From: Octopus vulgaris
Lineage: Eukaryota
DNA: 64,000 nucleotides
Assembly: GCA_951406725.2 (NCBI GenBank)
Contig: OX597824.1
Coordinates: 86,490,001-86,554,000 of the forward strand
Direction: 5' to 3'
The translations under genes and the position numbers were made by a program. Below, piece by piece: positions 27,721-41,233 of this stretch (position 1 is its first letter; each line of letters opens with the position of its first letter). Under the pieces are notes generated by a model. The model saw nothing but the letters and a program-made list of their open reading frames with translations, did not search any database and was not told the origin of the DNA.

Positions 27721-29117
27721 CTTGTTTTCTTTTTTTTTTCTTTACTACCCACGAGGAGCTAAACACTAAGAGGACAAACAAGGACAGACAAACGGATTAA
27801 GTCGATTATATCGACCCCAGTGCGTAACTGGTACTTATTTAATCGACCCCGAAAGGATGAAAGGCAAAGTCGACCTCGGCGGAATTTGAACTCGGAACGT
27901 AACGGCAGACGAAAAACCGCTAAGCATTTCGCCCGGCGTGCTAACGTTGCTGCCGGCTCGCCACCTTTCAACGTCCACTTTTAAGTGGGAATAAATATTG
28001 TCTTTTGGTATTAATACTGTTTCTCTTTCTCTCTAGTTTCAGCTCAGAGCTGCGACGATGCTGATGCACCGCCGTTTTGCTACACTGTTATTACTAAGAG
28101 CCTCCTCTGTCGCTAATAATTATTTTTAAAGATTACTGTTTTAAAGTAATATGGAAAAAATTTTAGGGTGCTATTGCATACTTGATTTTATAAATTATTT
28201 TTGTGTATAACAAAATTATGAACGATTCGATTTTCTAGATGCACTGGCATAAATAGGGATTTTTAAGTCTTAAATTATATTTTAAAATATCCGCGGTGCA
28301 TACGGACATCCTTTACATTGAGAGGCCCTCTTCGATGACAACAGTTCTAAAACTTTGTGCGTGTATATTATTTGTAGTTTGTAACATGTTTGTTGTTTAA
28401 TTTCTTGCATTTCGGCAATTTCAACCAATCAATGACGTCTATTGAGGTGAATTCAATTTCTCCGTTAACATTTTCTGGCGGCGTCATGTGAAAATGTCCC
28501 TGTTACATATTATATATTCGTTTCAGAAACAGATTGGGTTTATTTACATTTCTGCAGAAAAAAAGATACCCTTCCCCCCACCCCCTAACGTTAATTTAAA
28601 CTCTAACTCTAACCCTAAAACAGATTGAAATGCAATAGATCGATATTAGGGTCATAATTATGGGTGGACACTAAAGAGGGAACGGTTTTGTTATCCAGTT
28701 CTATTTACGAGTGACCCCTCAGTTTATGGCCACAGGGTATCTTTTTTCTCATAAAAAACATGGACATTTTCAAATGACGCCGCCAGAAAATGTTTACGGA
28801 GAAACTGAATTCACCTCAATAGACATCATTGATTGGCTGAAATTGCCGAAATGCAAGAAATTAAACAACAAATATGTTACAAACTACAGAATTTTCTCAA
28901 GAAAGCCAAGAGAAAAAGAGGTTTTATAAACACATTCGATCAGTATACGAAATTTAAAATTTTTTAGTTACATGGAAATTATTTTAAAAATCTGCCGGTC
29001 AAAGTGAAAAGATCCCTCGATTATTTGCGGCAAGCAGTTATAGAATTAGAAATAATATATCACATTTTTAAAATATATATATTTTTAATAATGAATGAAA
29101 TAAAATGCAAAACTTAC

Positions 29118-29272
29118 TGAACGTAACATTTTGAACATCTGAGACTTGTGCACATCTTAAATAATCCTATTTTTCTACCATATTGCGTCAACCAGCCAAC
29201 TGTAGCTAAGGCAATAACATCAGCCACGAACCCGACGACCTGCACACCGTAGGCAATTTGAAGCATATCCAT
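29118..29272 (-). CDS. PMP22/EMP/claudin-family tetraspan protein, coding exon 1
   Basis: Acceptor cag at 29280-78 and ATG at 29272. Translation MDMLQIAYGVQVVGFVADVIALATVGWLTQYGRKIGLFKMCTSLRCSKCYV gives TM1 plus a W-GLF-C-C signature (claudin W-GLW-C-C like). Consensus donor GTAAGT starts at 29117. Confidence 0.8.
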
Positions 29273-29405
29273 TCTCGCTGTTAAATGAAATGAAGAGCAC
29301 AACTGTGAAAACTGTGTACCAACCTCTCCTTAAATACGGTCCTATTTAATGCTGTTCAAATATCGGATATCCGGCACATTAGAAATATTTTTGAAGGAAA
29401 TCAAG

Positions 29406-29436
<31 letters not shown>

Positions 29437-29666
29437 TACCATCATCATCATCATCATCATCGTCATCACAACCACCATCACTACCATCATCATCATTGCT
29501 GTTAGTATTTGGATTACAATTATTTCGAAGAATCTTATCACACAATTTGGATATACAGTAATAACTCGCTTTACGAGACCCCGAATTTTACAAGTTTTAT
29601 TTTTCAAACACAAGATCCAAATTTTGAACGAAGTGCAAAATTTTCTACTACCATAACAAATGCTTC

Positions 29667-30017
29667 GGATCTTTACCTTTCGACCGACAGATTTTTTAAA
29701 TAATTTTTTGTAACTAAACACTTTCAAACTTCGGACACTGGTAGAACGTGTCATACAAAACATCTTTTACTCTTAGCGTTTTTGAGAAAAGCTTATATTT
29801 AGGAAGGTATTTCACGTTAAAGTTCTCGTATTTCGGTAATTTCAACCAATCAATGACGTGTATTCAGCTGAATAAAATTACTGCCGTTGATTCTTTTTCT
29901 CAAAAGTTTTTCTCAAAAGTGCTAAGAGTAAAACATGTTTTATATGACACCATTCTACCAGTGTCCGAAGTTTGAAAGTGTTTAGTTACAAAAAATTATT
30001 TTTTAAATCTGTCGGTC
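29667..30017. mobile_element. Foldback MITE with about 110-bp inverted arms, related to the 2168-2584 family
   Basis: GACCGACAGATTT..CTCTTAGC is inverted against GCTAAGAG..AAATCTGTCGGTC; the right end is cut by (TTA)n. Confidence 0.75.
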
Positions 30018-30018
30018 A

Positions 30019-30092
<74 letters not shown>

Positions 30093-30113
30093 TATACACT
30101 CAACAGATTAGAC

Positions 30114-33100
30114 CAGTGTTTCCCAAACTTTTCGCGTCGAATTGCAATATCGCTCACCTATCAGCCAAAATATGCTCCATCGCTCACCTGTGTAAAAAAA
30201 AAAAACCTGACACAACTCCAACACAAAATCCCCTAGGACCCCTCTGTATCATTTGACGCACACACTATATCGTAGATTTGTTGCCCTGTTAGTGCGGTTT
30301 GGACTAAATATGCGGGGTTTTTTTACAAATCCCTTATTAGTGTGAATAAAATTCTAACGTTAACTCTATATTTTTCAGACAGATTAACTTCTGGAAACTT
30401 GCGCTTTCTTTTACACTGATTTTCATTTTCCCCAAATGAATCATTGATCAGAACTACCGATGCAGAAATAATTAATGATTGTATCATAAAGAAAAAGAAT
30501 AAAACTTTTTAATGAGAACCATGAGTCTGGTGCGATACATTCGGTTTCAAACTTGTCAACTTTAGACGCCAGTCTTCTCATTGTGTCACATCCAGTCCAA
30601 TTCTATTCTGGGAAAGTAAAGTTCCAATATGCCTAAAACTAGATTCAACCAGGTGCGAAGTAGGGAAGGCAAGCAAAAGTAATTTCAGATGTTACCGCTG
30701 ATTGAGGTAGGAATTCAATCTACTTTGATGCTGCTACAAACCTTTGCTATAATGGCGATATCGCATTGTGGCTTCATTGTCATTTTGTAATGCTATCAAT
30801 TCCTCCTGAACGTCTTCCTTACAATCGACTGCATTAACCTTAAACGGATTGCTATACCAATTTGAAATATTCGGCGCAATAACATCTTGAAATCGCTCCA
30901 CCATGTCATCGTGCAATGATTGTAAATAGCTGCGATAAGTATGAAATTTGTAGAAAAGAAAAAAGTTTGCTAATGTTTTATAAATACAAAGAATAATTTT
31001 ATTCATCAAAGTATGCACCCATATTGTCAATACACTTATGCCATTTCAGCGGTAGCTTGTCCTGCCGGGAACTGAAAAAAAGCCTGGCAATCTAGAGTCA
31101 ATAAAATCTTGGAAGGCCTGTTTTATAGCATCGTCGGAATTAATTTTTTTCCCATCAAAAAGTTATCCAAATTCTGAAAGAAGTGTTAGTCAGTGGGGGC
31201 AAGATCAGGTGAGTATGATGGATGATGGAGAACTTCCAACTCCAATTCCTGTAGTTTCGCCAATGTCATTTTTGCGATGTGTGGTCTAGCGTTGTCTTGC
31301 AATAAAATAGGAGTGGGTCTGTTGACTAATCTAGGCTGTTTTTCCTTGTAAGTTTCTGCATCATTTGGTCCAGTTGGCTGCAGTATACTTCGGCCGTGAC
31401 TGATGAGCTAGGTTTAATGAAATCATAATGGATCACACCTGCGCCAGACCACCAAACACACACCATCAGCTTCTTTTGATGAATTTAGCTTTTTGGACTG
31501 TGTTTTGGTGGCTCGTCTTTGTTCAACCATTGTGCTGACGTTTACAATTGTTGTGTTGGATCAAATTCTCATCACATGTTACAATTCGATTCGAAAACGA
31601 TTCAATTTTATGACGAGAAAGTAGCATAATGCAGGCTTCCAAACGTTGCTGTTTCTGATTTTCATTGAATTCATGTGGAACCCACTTATCCAACTTTTTC
31701 ACTTTGCCGATTTGAACTAGGAGAGTCAATATTGTTTGCATGCTAACACCAAACAACAACGATAACTCACAGGCACTTTGAAATGGATCTGACTCAACGG
31801 TGGCTTTCATTTCGTCATTATCCACCTTTGTTTCTGGTCGACCGCGTTGCTCATTTGTGAGGTCAAAGTGACCAGAACGAAATTTTACAAAACAATTTGA
31901 TACTGTCGGCTGTGTAGTAACATTAGAATGAAATGCTCCATTAATATTCCGAGCTGTCTGTGATGCTGTATTACCAAGAAACTGTACGAATTTCCGAATT
32001 ATCCATCTCTAAACAAAAATAGCAAAAAAACGATTTATAAATACTTTTTAAAGCGCAAAATGAGTTAGAATAAAGAAATAGATGTGTCAGCTTTCTAACA
32101 AAAAATAAAGATTGTCAAAATATAATAACGGTGTAAAATGAACAGCTGTCAAGGTTTACCATATACCTTACTACAAATTTCATACTTGACGACCTAATAG
32201 TTAAATCTTCATCAACCAATTATTCATCTTTTAAAGAATCAAGTTGTGGAAATTGATGGAATTGTCGTTTTGAAATGTTAGTCTTAAACAACACAATTTT
32301 GAAATGAAATTAGTGATTTATAATCAACGAGTTTTTTCTGTTTCCTTGCAATAACTTATTCAAATCATTTAATTTTGTGAATATATCACAAAGAAAAAAT
32401 GCAGCCATTAATGAAGCGGATATTGGATTAGCTTCAAAGAAAAAGATATTGTATAAAACAGTTCAACAAAGCGTTTTTTGTTAGCCACCGCACTTTGGTA
32501 TAGTCCTCGTCATTTCTCAGACAGAGTTGATGGAACATTCGATCAGACAAGGGACTGGACTTAAATTTGTTCACAGTCTTGTAGCGCATCATTCAATCTG
32601 CTCTTTCACTCTTTACTCTTTTACTTGTTTCAGTCATTTGACTGCAGCCATGCTGGAGCACCACCTTTAGTCGAGCAAATCGACCCCGGGACTTATTCTC
32701 TGTAAGCCCAGTACTTATTCTATCGGTCTCTTTTACCGAACCGCTAAGTGACGGGGACATAAACACACCAGCATCGGTTGTCAAGCAATGCTAGGGGGAC
32801 AATCACAGACACACAAACATACACACAAACATACACACACATATATATATATATATACATATATACGACGGGCTTCTTTCAGTTTCCGTCCACCAAATCC
32901 ACTCACAAGGCTTTGGTCGGCCCGAAGCTATAGTAGAAGACACTTGCCCAAGATGCCACGCAGTGGGACTGAACCCGGAACCATGTGGTTGGTAAACAAG
33001 CTACTTACCACACAGCCACTCCTGCTGTTCATATTTTTACAACTAAATGCTGCCGGTGTGGCAAGCAATGAAAAGTTAGTATCGGGTGGGATGTTTCACG

Positions 33101-34925
33101 CTTTAGGAGAGATGAAAAACCTCTGTATCTTCCTATCATCGAAGGAGCTCCATCAGGCGTACAGGCAAGAATATTACTGAGCGGGGTATTATGTTCAAGA
33201 AGGAAAGTCTTGAGAATGTGAAAACTAGTTATGCAGAAATGTAAATAAACCCAATCTGTTTCTTAAACGAATATGTAATATGTAACAGGGACATTTTCAT
33301 TTGACGCCGCCAGAAAATGTTAACGGAGAAATTGAATTCACCTCAATAGACGTCATTGAGTGGTTGAAATTGCCGAAATGCAAGAAATTAAACAACAAAC
33401 ATGTTACAAACTACAGAATTTTCTCAAGAAAGCCAAGAGAAAAGGAGGTTTTATAAACACATTCGATCAGAATCTACCTTCCTTAATCAAGTGGCAATTT
33501 CTCTGTGAACAGCATTTCCTCACAAGTTTGAAGGTCTTCGCTGAAATACCGAACATATACCATCATCAAACATTGATTGTCCACAACAGTTGACTCATCC
33601 ACTTGTATAGAAAATTCACAACGCTGGTGAATATTAATGAGCTGATGTTTGACATCGGTGGCCATTTCATCGATGCGTCGAGAAATTGTGTTATTACTAA
33701 GTGGGATCTTCTTCATAATATTATCGGGCTTTTCATGCATAACGGTTGACAAAACCTCTTCGCTAACTGGGCGAAGTAATGTTTCTCCAATTGTTTGAGA
33801 CTTCCCAGACTTAGTAACAAGCAATGCAATGTTATACGATGCAATCAACCCCTCATTCTCCTGTTTACTAGTTTCCTGGAGTAGCATGTTGAATGTTTGT
33901 ATTTGCTTTTTGAAAGAGAAGCTCAGTTGCAAAAAGTATGATAACGGCTTGTCCTTCTTGCCAGAATGCTTTGCTTCAAAATGATACTTCAAGTGTGAAG
34001 GTTTTATTGTTTCGTTGGTCAATGTTTGATGGCAAAGAAGGCACATTGGTAACTGACAGTTCTGAGGAGAAGGGATAAATGCAAACGATAAATAATCACT
34101 ACTGTACTGTAGACAAATTCGCTTGACTGGATGCATCGGTAAAGTGAAAATGTGAAAACGAATTTCTACAGACAGCGTCATAAAGGCAGTATGATATTCC
34201 CAAAGCGAAGAAGTCAACAGAGCAGAGTCAGATGACGCGTCTTTGCTGGAGCAAATACGGATCTAGTTCGTTTGGCTGCCAGTATTTCAAAAATTAAAGT
34301 TTATCGAAAATTTTAGAATTTGGCACATTAATGTGCCTTTCCAAGCTAAATTACTAAAGTTATTCAACTTTTTCCAGAAAAATGTTTTTAATAAGTTATA
34401 GAGGTTTAAATTTTGATCATTTTCACCCAGTCAAGAAACACGATTTCAAAGCTGTCATTTTGTGCGTGACTGTACATTTTGTCAACATCCTGAAAACAGC
34501 ACTTGTGCTTTGATATGAAACCATTTTTCGGAGTTTTCAGAAAATTTTCGCAAATTTGAATTCTATGCGCATGATTTCATACGATTATGTATATAAAAAA
34601 AAACATTTGTGATGGAGTGTGATTTAAGACCTAGGCCTATTTGGCTGCTAATTTTATCACGCGCCACAACTATCTCAATGACTGCGACAAAAATATTCGA
34701 TCGATAAGCAAGTTCGCTTGTTTAATACAAATAGTCAAATCAATAAAAGTGCATTCTTATTCTAGGCATGCCTAGATATAAGTAAATGGAGACTTAATTT
34801 CTAGAAATTCATTGTCACTCGCAAAATGTTCATATCGTCCACCAAAATCTCAAATCGCCCACCGTTTTCTAGAATTTTGCCCATCCCCCACCGGTGGGCG
34901 ATATCGCCTACTTTGGGAAGCTATG
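30114..34925 (-). mobile_element. Buster/Charlie-type hAT transposon with nested insertions
   Basis: Termini CAGTGTTTCCCAAA / TTTGGGAAGCTATG; 8-bp TSD GATTAGAC (30106-13, 34926-33; nnnTAnnn). Transposase remnants: BED finger and FSIQVDEST (33483-34217) and dimerisation motif LLAFPTSHLVESSF (about 30630-30690). Confidence 0.92.
30937..32199 (-). mobile_element. Mariner transposon nested in the hAT
   Basis: WVPHE, RIVTCDE, LLQDNARPH, HPSYSPDLAPTD; TIR remnants AAGTATGAAATTTGTAG / CTACAAATTTCATACTTGACGACCTAATA. Confidence 0.88.
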
Positions 34926-34933
34926 GATTAGAC

Positions 34934-36440
34934 TGTTGGAAAAGAATCCCAACATCGGGCTACAACAAGTAGCCTTAGATGCCAAAAACCCGCCCAAGTA
35001 TCTTAGCTGTCCCTAATAACACTGTCTTCTGCAGTTGTACTAAATTTGGTTTTATGCCTATTCCCTCTATCCATCTGTTCAGATCTTTAGGGATTGTACC
35101 CAATGCACCTATAACTACTGGGATACATTTTTACCTGCATTTTTCATAGTCTCTGTAATTCAATAGCTAGGTCCTGGTACTTTGATATTTTTTCTATACT
35201 TCCCATATTAATTTTTTCATCATTTGGGACTGTGAAGTCAACTATCTGGCATCTTCTATTCTCTTTATCTACTACTACTAAACCAGGCCTTCTAGCTTCT
35301 ATTACTCTGTCAGTCTGAATGTTAAAGTCCCACAGTATCTCGTATTTCTTACTTTCTAGTACTTTACTAGGTTCCTGTTCATACCATTTATCAGTATATT
35401 CAAATCCTAGCTTTCTACAAAGCTCCCAGTACATTGCTCTCCCTAGACTGCCATGTCTTTTCTTGTATTCATTCTGTACCATCATGCTACATTTACTTAC
35501 TATATGAGTAACGCTTTCCTCTTTTGATTTGCATAATCTACATTGGGAATCTACTTGGTTTTTATATATCTTCGCTTTTATCCAATTAGTCCTTAATGCT
35601 TGATCTTGTACTGCTACTAACAAACTTTCTGTCTCCCTCTTCAGCTTTCCCTTCTGCAGACATAACCATGTCTCACTACTACTATTTGCTGAAACTATCT
35701 TTGGGAATCTACCATGCAACACCTTCTCCTGCCAGTCAGATAATTTCTGTTCTTTTTTCTGGTTTTTGAGTTAGTTTGGTGTTTTGGTTTACCTATGTCT
35801 TGCTCTGACTCTATCAGTTTTTAATAAACTTTCTTCACTATTACCACCTACATAGTAGCCTATATCTACTCCAGCTAACTCCATGCAGTCTTCCACTGAT
35901 ATTAACCCTCTTCTACCTTCCTTTCTAGATAGGTACAATATTGCTACTCCTGCTCTTGGGTGGAGTCCTCCATTCATATTGAACTCCTTCCTAGTTCTTC
36001 TGTCTAGTTTTGCTGATTCAGTTTTTGTCCAATCTACAAAAGCTGCCGGGTATCTAAGTAATGATACTACCCAAGTATTTACAGCCTTCACTAGATTCAG
36101 ACCGTTTAGCTTTGATTTCATTACCTTCCTCGTCCTTCTGATGTACTCCTGAATTTTCGCTTTCATTTCTGTAATTAGTACCTTGTCAAATTCTAATACT
36201 CCTAGATACTTATAACTTTCTCCTCCTTTCAATGATTTTAAATATCTGGCCATCTGGTAATTGGATGCCTTCACTGTTGACTACCTGTCCCCTTCTCATG
36301 ACCAATATCACACACTTATCTATGCCAAATTCCATGCCCATATCTTTGCTAGAGAGTCCTACAGTCTGTATTAAGGAACCTATCTCTTTTCATTCTTACT
36401 AAAAAGCTTCAGGTCATCCATGTAAAGCAAAGAATAGTTA
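34934..36440 (-). mobile_element. Degenerate R4/Dong LINE (RT end plus REL endonuclease)
   Basis: YMDDLKL, YKYLGV, CRLCKSKEESVTHIVSKC, ILWDFNIQTDRVIEARRPG. Confidence 0.9.
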
Positions 36441-37029
36441 CATTTTCTCCCTCAGTTACAGCCTCAGGGTGGTGCTTGTACCATTTGTCAGCAGTTTTGA
36501 TTTTTTAATGCCGACGCATTATCGAATGTAGATATTGGCCAACTTTGTCATGTACTTGATTTGTACTCTACAGGTGCTAAAACCTTACATCCGGAGATTA
36601 GATGGTCGACTATTTCTATACCATCGTTGCAGTATGGATCTTCACCGTTTTTCATCACATTGGCTTGATAGTTCCGGGTCAGTAAGCTCTGATCTTGAGC
36701 AACCAAGATAAAACCGTCACTCTCTGCCTTTAGCCATGAGCTCCGTAGCCACTGATGGCTACTGGTCAGCAACACCAAACATCTGCAGGTATTCAACGAT
36801 TCAAGAACGTGGTACCGTATCATATGCCTTCTTAAAGTCAATCCAAGCCATAGACATATTTATATGATGCTTTTCACAATGCCTCAAAACTGTTTTATCG
36901 ACGACCAGATGACCCTTGTTACCCTGAGAACTCTTCCTACAGCCCTTTTTGTCCACTTGGTACTATTTCTTCCTGTGCCAGGAAAGTGTATGTCTTTGCC
37001 GCACAAATTCCAATGAGTATCTTCCAAAT
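36441..37029 (-). mobile_element. Rearranged R4/Dong fragments
   Basis: WIDFKKAYDTVP (RT) is joined to HQWLRSSWLKAESDGFILVAQDQ, similar to the 37270 element. Confidence 0.75.
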
Positions 37030-37031
37030 TA

Positions 37032-37102
<71 letters not shown>

Positions 37103-37104
<2 letters not shown>

Positions 37105-38558
37105 TTTTTTTTTCTTCTTTCAAATTTGCTTCCATTTCTTGCCGAGTGTCTTCCCGACTCCTAGGGCAAAGAAACTCATAGTATACATTGGTAGGCCATT
37201 AAACCAAACTCAGTAGTTCGTTCTTTTTTTTTTTTAAGTTAAATTAAAATACATGAGCAGCAACAGTTCTCACATCGACAATGCTCTTCTCAATACGTGT
37301 GATGTACCAGTTAAGACAATCTTTTGCACTTCTTGCAGGGATGGTAAGCCAGGGATCATTCTCATATAATTTTCGGTTCCCTTCTTGATCATTCCTAGTG
37401 CTCCTACGATCACTGGTATTGTAACCGCCTTGAGATGCCACATTTTCTCAATTTCAATGAGTAGGTCTTTATATTTTCTGAGCTTGTCAAACTCTTTCGC
37501 TGAGATATTATGATCACAGGGGATGCTCATGTCGATCAATAAGTAAACTTTATTGTTTTGGTCTTTCACAACAATATCTGGTTTATTGGCCTTGATGGTT
37601 CGGTCTGTATGTACTGGAAAGTCCCACAGAATGGTTACATTTTCTCCTTCAGTTACAGCCTCAGGGTGGTGATTATACCACTTGTCGGCAGTTTTGATAT
37701 TGTAATGACTTATTAGCCAGTGGAGATATTGGCCAACTCTGTCATGTCTTAATTTATACTCCACGGGTGCTAAGACTTTACATCCAGACATTAGGTGGTC
37801 CACTGTTTCAATCATGTCGTTGCAGAATCGGCATTTTGGGTCTGCTCCATTTTTCATCACATTGGCCTGGTAGTTCCGGGTTAATAGGCTTTGATCTTGA
37901 GCAGCCAGGATGAAACCTTCGCTCTCTGCTTTTAGCCCTGAGCTCCGTAGCCACTGATGGGTTTGCTTCTGGTCAACATCAGCTTGTTTGCTGCGGGTCA
38001 CATATTTGCCGTGCAGAGGTTTCTCCTCCCACCTATCAGCCAATTGCTCGTGCGCTTTTTTCATTGCCATCATTTTCACCTTCTTTGCAACAATAGTTGC
38101 CGTACTTCCCTCGAGTTGTTCAGTTTGGGTATCCTGCACGAGATCAATAGCAAATTTTTTGCTTTCCTTTATGATAGAATGAAGCTTCTTTCGTCTCTCG
38201 TGATTTTCCACGAGCTTTAGCATCCAGTCATTCGATATTTCGAGATATTTGGCCAGTCCAATTGTGGTTGTTTTGTAAGCTAGTTCAAATTGGATCAGGC
38301 CTCGACCTCCTTGGGCTCTGGGAAGGTAAAGGCGATCTACGTCTGCCTTTGGGTGGTGCATCCTATTACAACTCAGCAGCTTGCGTATTTTTCTATCTAT
38401 ATTCTTTACTTCACTCATATTCCAGTTCAACACATTGTAGCTATAAGTAACAACTGGAACTGCTAAGGAATTTATAGCTAACACCTTGTTACGTGCATTT
38501 AGTTCAGATTTCAGGACTGCACGAACTCTCCTATAACATTCCTTCCTGATTTTCTCTT

Positions 38559-38562
<4 letters not shown>
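37103..38562 (-). mobile_element. Young 5'-truncated R4/Dong LINE inserted in a (TAA)n tract
   Basis: Uninterrupted 430-aa ORF (37270-38562) with CRFC..HLMSGC, RHD, KPDIVV and EFDKLRKY; long (TAA)n tracts on both sides (about 37030-37102 and 38561-38622). Confidence 0.93.
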
Positions 38563-38624
<62 letters not shown>

Positions 38625-38639
38625 GAAAACTCAGAGCTT

Positions 38640-40870
38640 ATTTTGCTCGATATTATGGAAAGTGCTAGCTGTCCATTGCCAGCAGACTAAGGTGACACTT
38701 GTTTACTGCTCATGCTTCAAGAACCCTATGAAGAATTCTTGCAGTTTCAAGCAATGCTGATCCACCTTCACACTTGCACCGAACTTTTTCGGTCATGTTG
38801 GTAGTTGAGTGCTGATACTTCCAAGTACACTAATTACTATTGGTGTCACATCTACTCTTTTCATTGACCACAATCTTCGTATTTCCCACTTTAAATCGTC
38901 GTAGTTTTTGGGGTTTTTTTTTAATGTTTTCTTCTTTCACATTGATCCTGTTGTCACCGGGGCATGCTATGTCGCTAATCATACATGTTCTTTCTGTTTT
39001 TATTTACCACAACAGTGTCCGGTTTCCTATGTCTGGTCAAGTGATCGCACTGGATCATTACATCCCACAGGATTTTGCAATTCTCATTTACGGTTACTCC
39101 TGTAGTTTGTCCATACCACGGTCTTTGCTCTTTGTAAGTTGTGATTTCTACAGAGCTCCCAATGGATCATTCTTGCCACATTGTCATCGCATATTTTCTA
39201 TTCGTGTTGTGCCAATTTCGGGCATTCGCTAACGATGAGCCATACCCCCTCTCACCACACAATCTGCATTTGTCGCTATCGGTAGTGTTGTCAATTCTGC
39301 ATTTCACATAGTTAGTCCTTAACACTTGTTCCTGAGCTGCGCATGAGTGCTTGTGTCTCTATCTTCATGTCACTCCTCCTCATCCATATCCACCGCTCCT
39401 CTGTATCTGTCTTGGCGTTCACATCTCTTGCAAACTGACCGTACATTTTTTCCCATCCCTGCTTTTTCTTTCTTTTTTCTTTTCTTTTTTTTTTGTTCAT
39501 CTCTTGTTTAAATTTTTCTTTAATTAGACAATTTTCAGTTTTGATGGCGCCGGCCTTCTTCGTGTGTTTCAACAGTGGCTTCACAACATCTTTTTTCTGC
39601 TTCGATAGAGTCCTGGCAACTATTCTAACCTCTCCCACCCTCTTCTTCAGGACAAGTACAGTCTATCGGTGTCACTCTTAGGGTGAAAGGCTCCGTATAC
39701 TGCCAACATGTTTTCTGGTCTTGGTATCCATTTTCTTCACTTCTCACTTTTGCCATTTTATAATTCCCGCTCCATACCGAAGTGATGCTATTGCCCACGT
39801 ATTAATTGCTTGGATTTAATTGCATCCAGTCACTTTTGAGCGCAGCCCCAACCTCAGTCTTCGGAAATACTCCATCCTCAGTTGCTCTTCCATTTCCTTT
39901 TCCGTTATCTCGTTGCACCCTAGTACACCAAGGTATTTGTATCCTTCCGTTTCAATTTGCTTAACTAAGTCTCTGTTCGATAATTCTATCTCTGCTAGGG
40001 ATTGTGCCTTACTTCTTTTTAGGTGGATTTCTCCGTACTTCTTGAGTCCAAATTCCATTCTAATATCAGTACTAAGACAGTGGCCCGTGTTCATTAAGGA
40101 ACTCACTTGTATCTCATCTTTGCCATACAGTTTCAAATTACCCAGGAAGAGGAGGTGGTTGATTGTTTGGGGTTTTCCTTTAGTTGGTACCCCAGGTTCA
40201 TTTTCCTGAGTACCAAGTTCAGGGGTATCATGCAGAGAACGAAAAGCAACAGAGAGAGGCTGTCACACTGGAAAATCCCTCTTCTAATACCCGGGGTGCC
40301 CGAGGTTTTTCCGTAAAATGTCACTTCAGTTTTCTATCCCACAATACTTCTCTTCGGTAAACACTTTACAGTCCTCGCAATTCCAAACAGATCTAAGCAT
40401 TCGATGATCCACGAATATGGAATCATATCCTAAGCTTTGCGATAGTCAATCCAGGCCGTTCCCAGATTTGTTCTCCTTCGTTTACAATCTTGCATTACCA
40501 TTTTGTCTATCAACAGTTGATCTTTGGTACCTCTGCACCTCCTTCTACACCCTTTTTGTTCCGTCGGTAATATATCGTTCACATCAAGAAATTTATACAG
40601 TTCTTCTGCAATTCCTCCTGACAGTAACTTCCATATTAATGAGAGACAGGAAATTGGTCTGTAATTGTCAGCAACATTTTCCTTTTAATGTATCCTTCAG
40701 GCACAACACCGTTCGTCCTGTTGTCAACCAGCTCGCGATTTTATTTCCATTGATCAATGCATTAAATTGTTCTGCGATCAACTTATGGCAACTACTGAAC
40801 TTTTTTTTTTTTATCTAAGATCCCTATACACCATCAGGTCCTGCTGCTTTCCAACTGCTTATCTTTTTAC
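38640..40870 (-). mobile_element. Older R4/Dong LINE remnant
   Basis: IRRGIFQCDSLSLLLFVLCM, MEFGLKK, YKYLGV, MYGQFARD; frameshifted. Confidence 0.85.
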
Positions 40871-40889
40871 TCATAATCATCATTATTAC

Positions 40890-40923
<34 letters not shown>

Positions 40924-41233
40924 CTTCTTCTTCTTCTTCTTCTTCTTCTTCTTCTTCTTCTTCTTCTTCTTCTTCTTGTTGCTGCTGCTGTTGTTGTTAT
41001 TAAGGCGACGAGCTGGCAGAAACGTTAGCACGCCGGGCGAAATGCTTAGCGGCATTTCGTCTGCCGTTACGTTCTGAGTTCAAATTCCGCCGAGGTCAAC
41101 TTTGCCTTTCATCCTTGTCTGTCCTTGTTTGTCCTTTCTGTGTGTAGCCCTTTGTGGGTAGTAAAGAAATAAGTATTTCGTCTGCCGCTACGTTCTGAAT
41201 TCAATCCCCCACCACACACACACACACACACAC

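Noticed and set aside
33483-34217. Domesticated ZBED/SCAND-type host gene
   Set aside because: It lies within a TIR- and TSD-bounded hAT whose transposase is broken by insertions and deletions.
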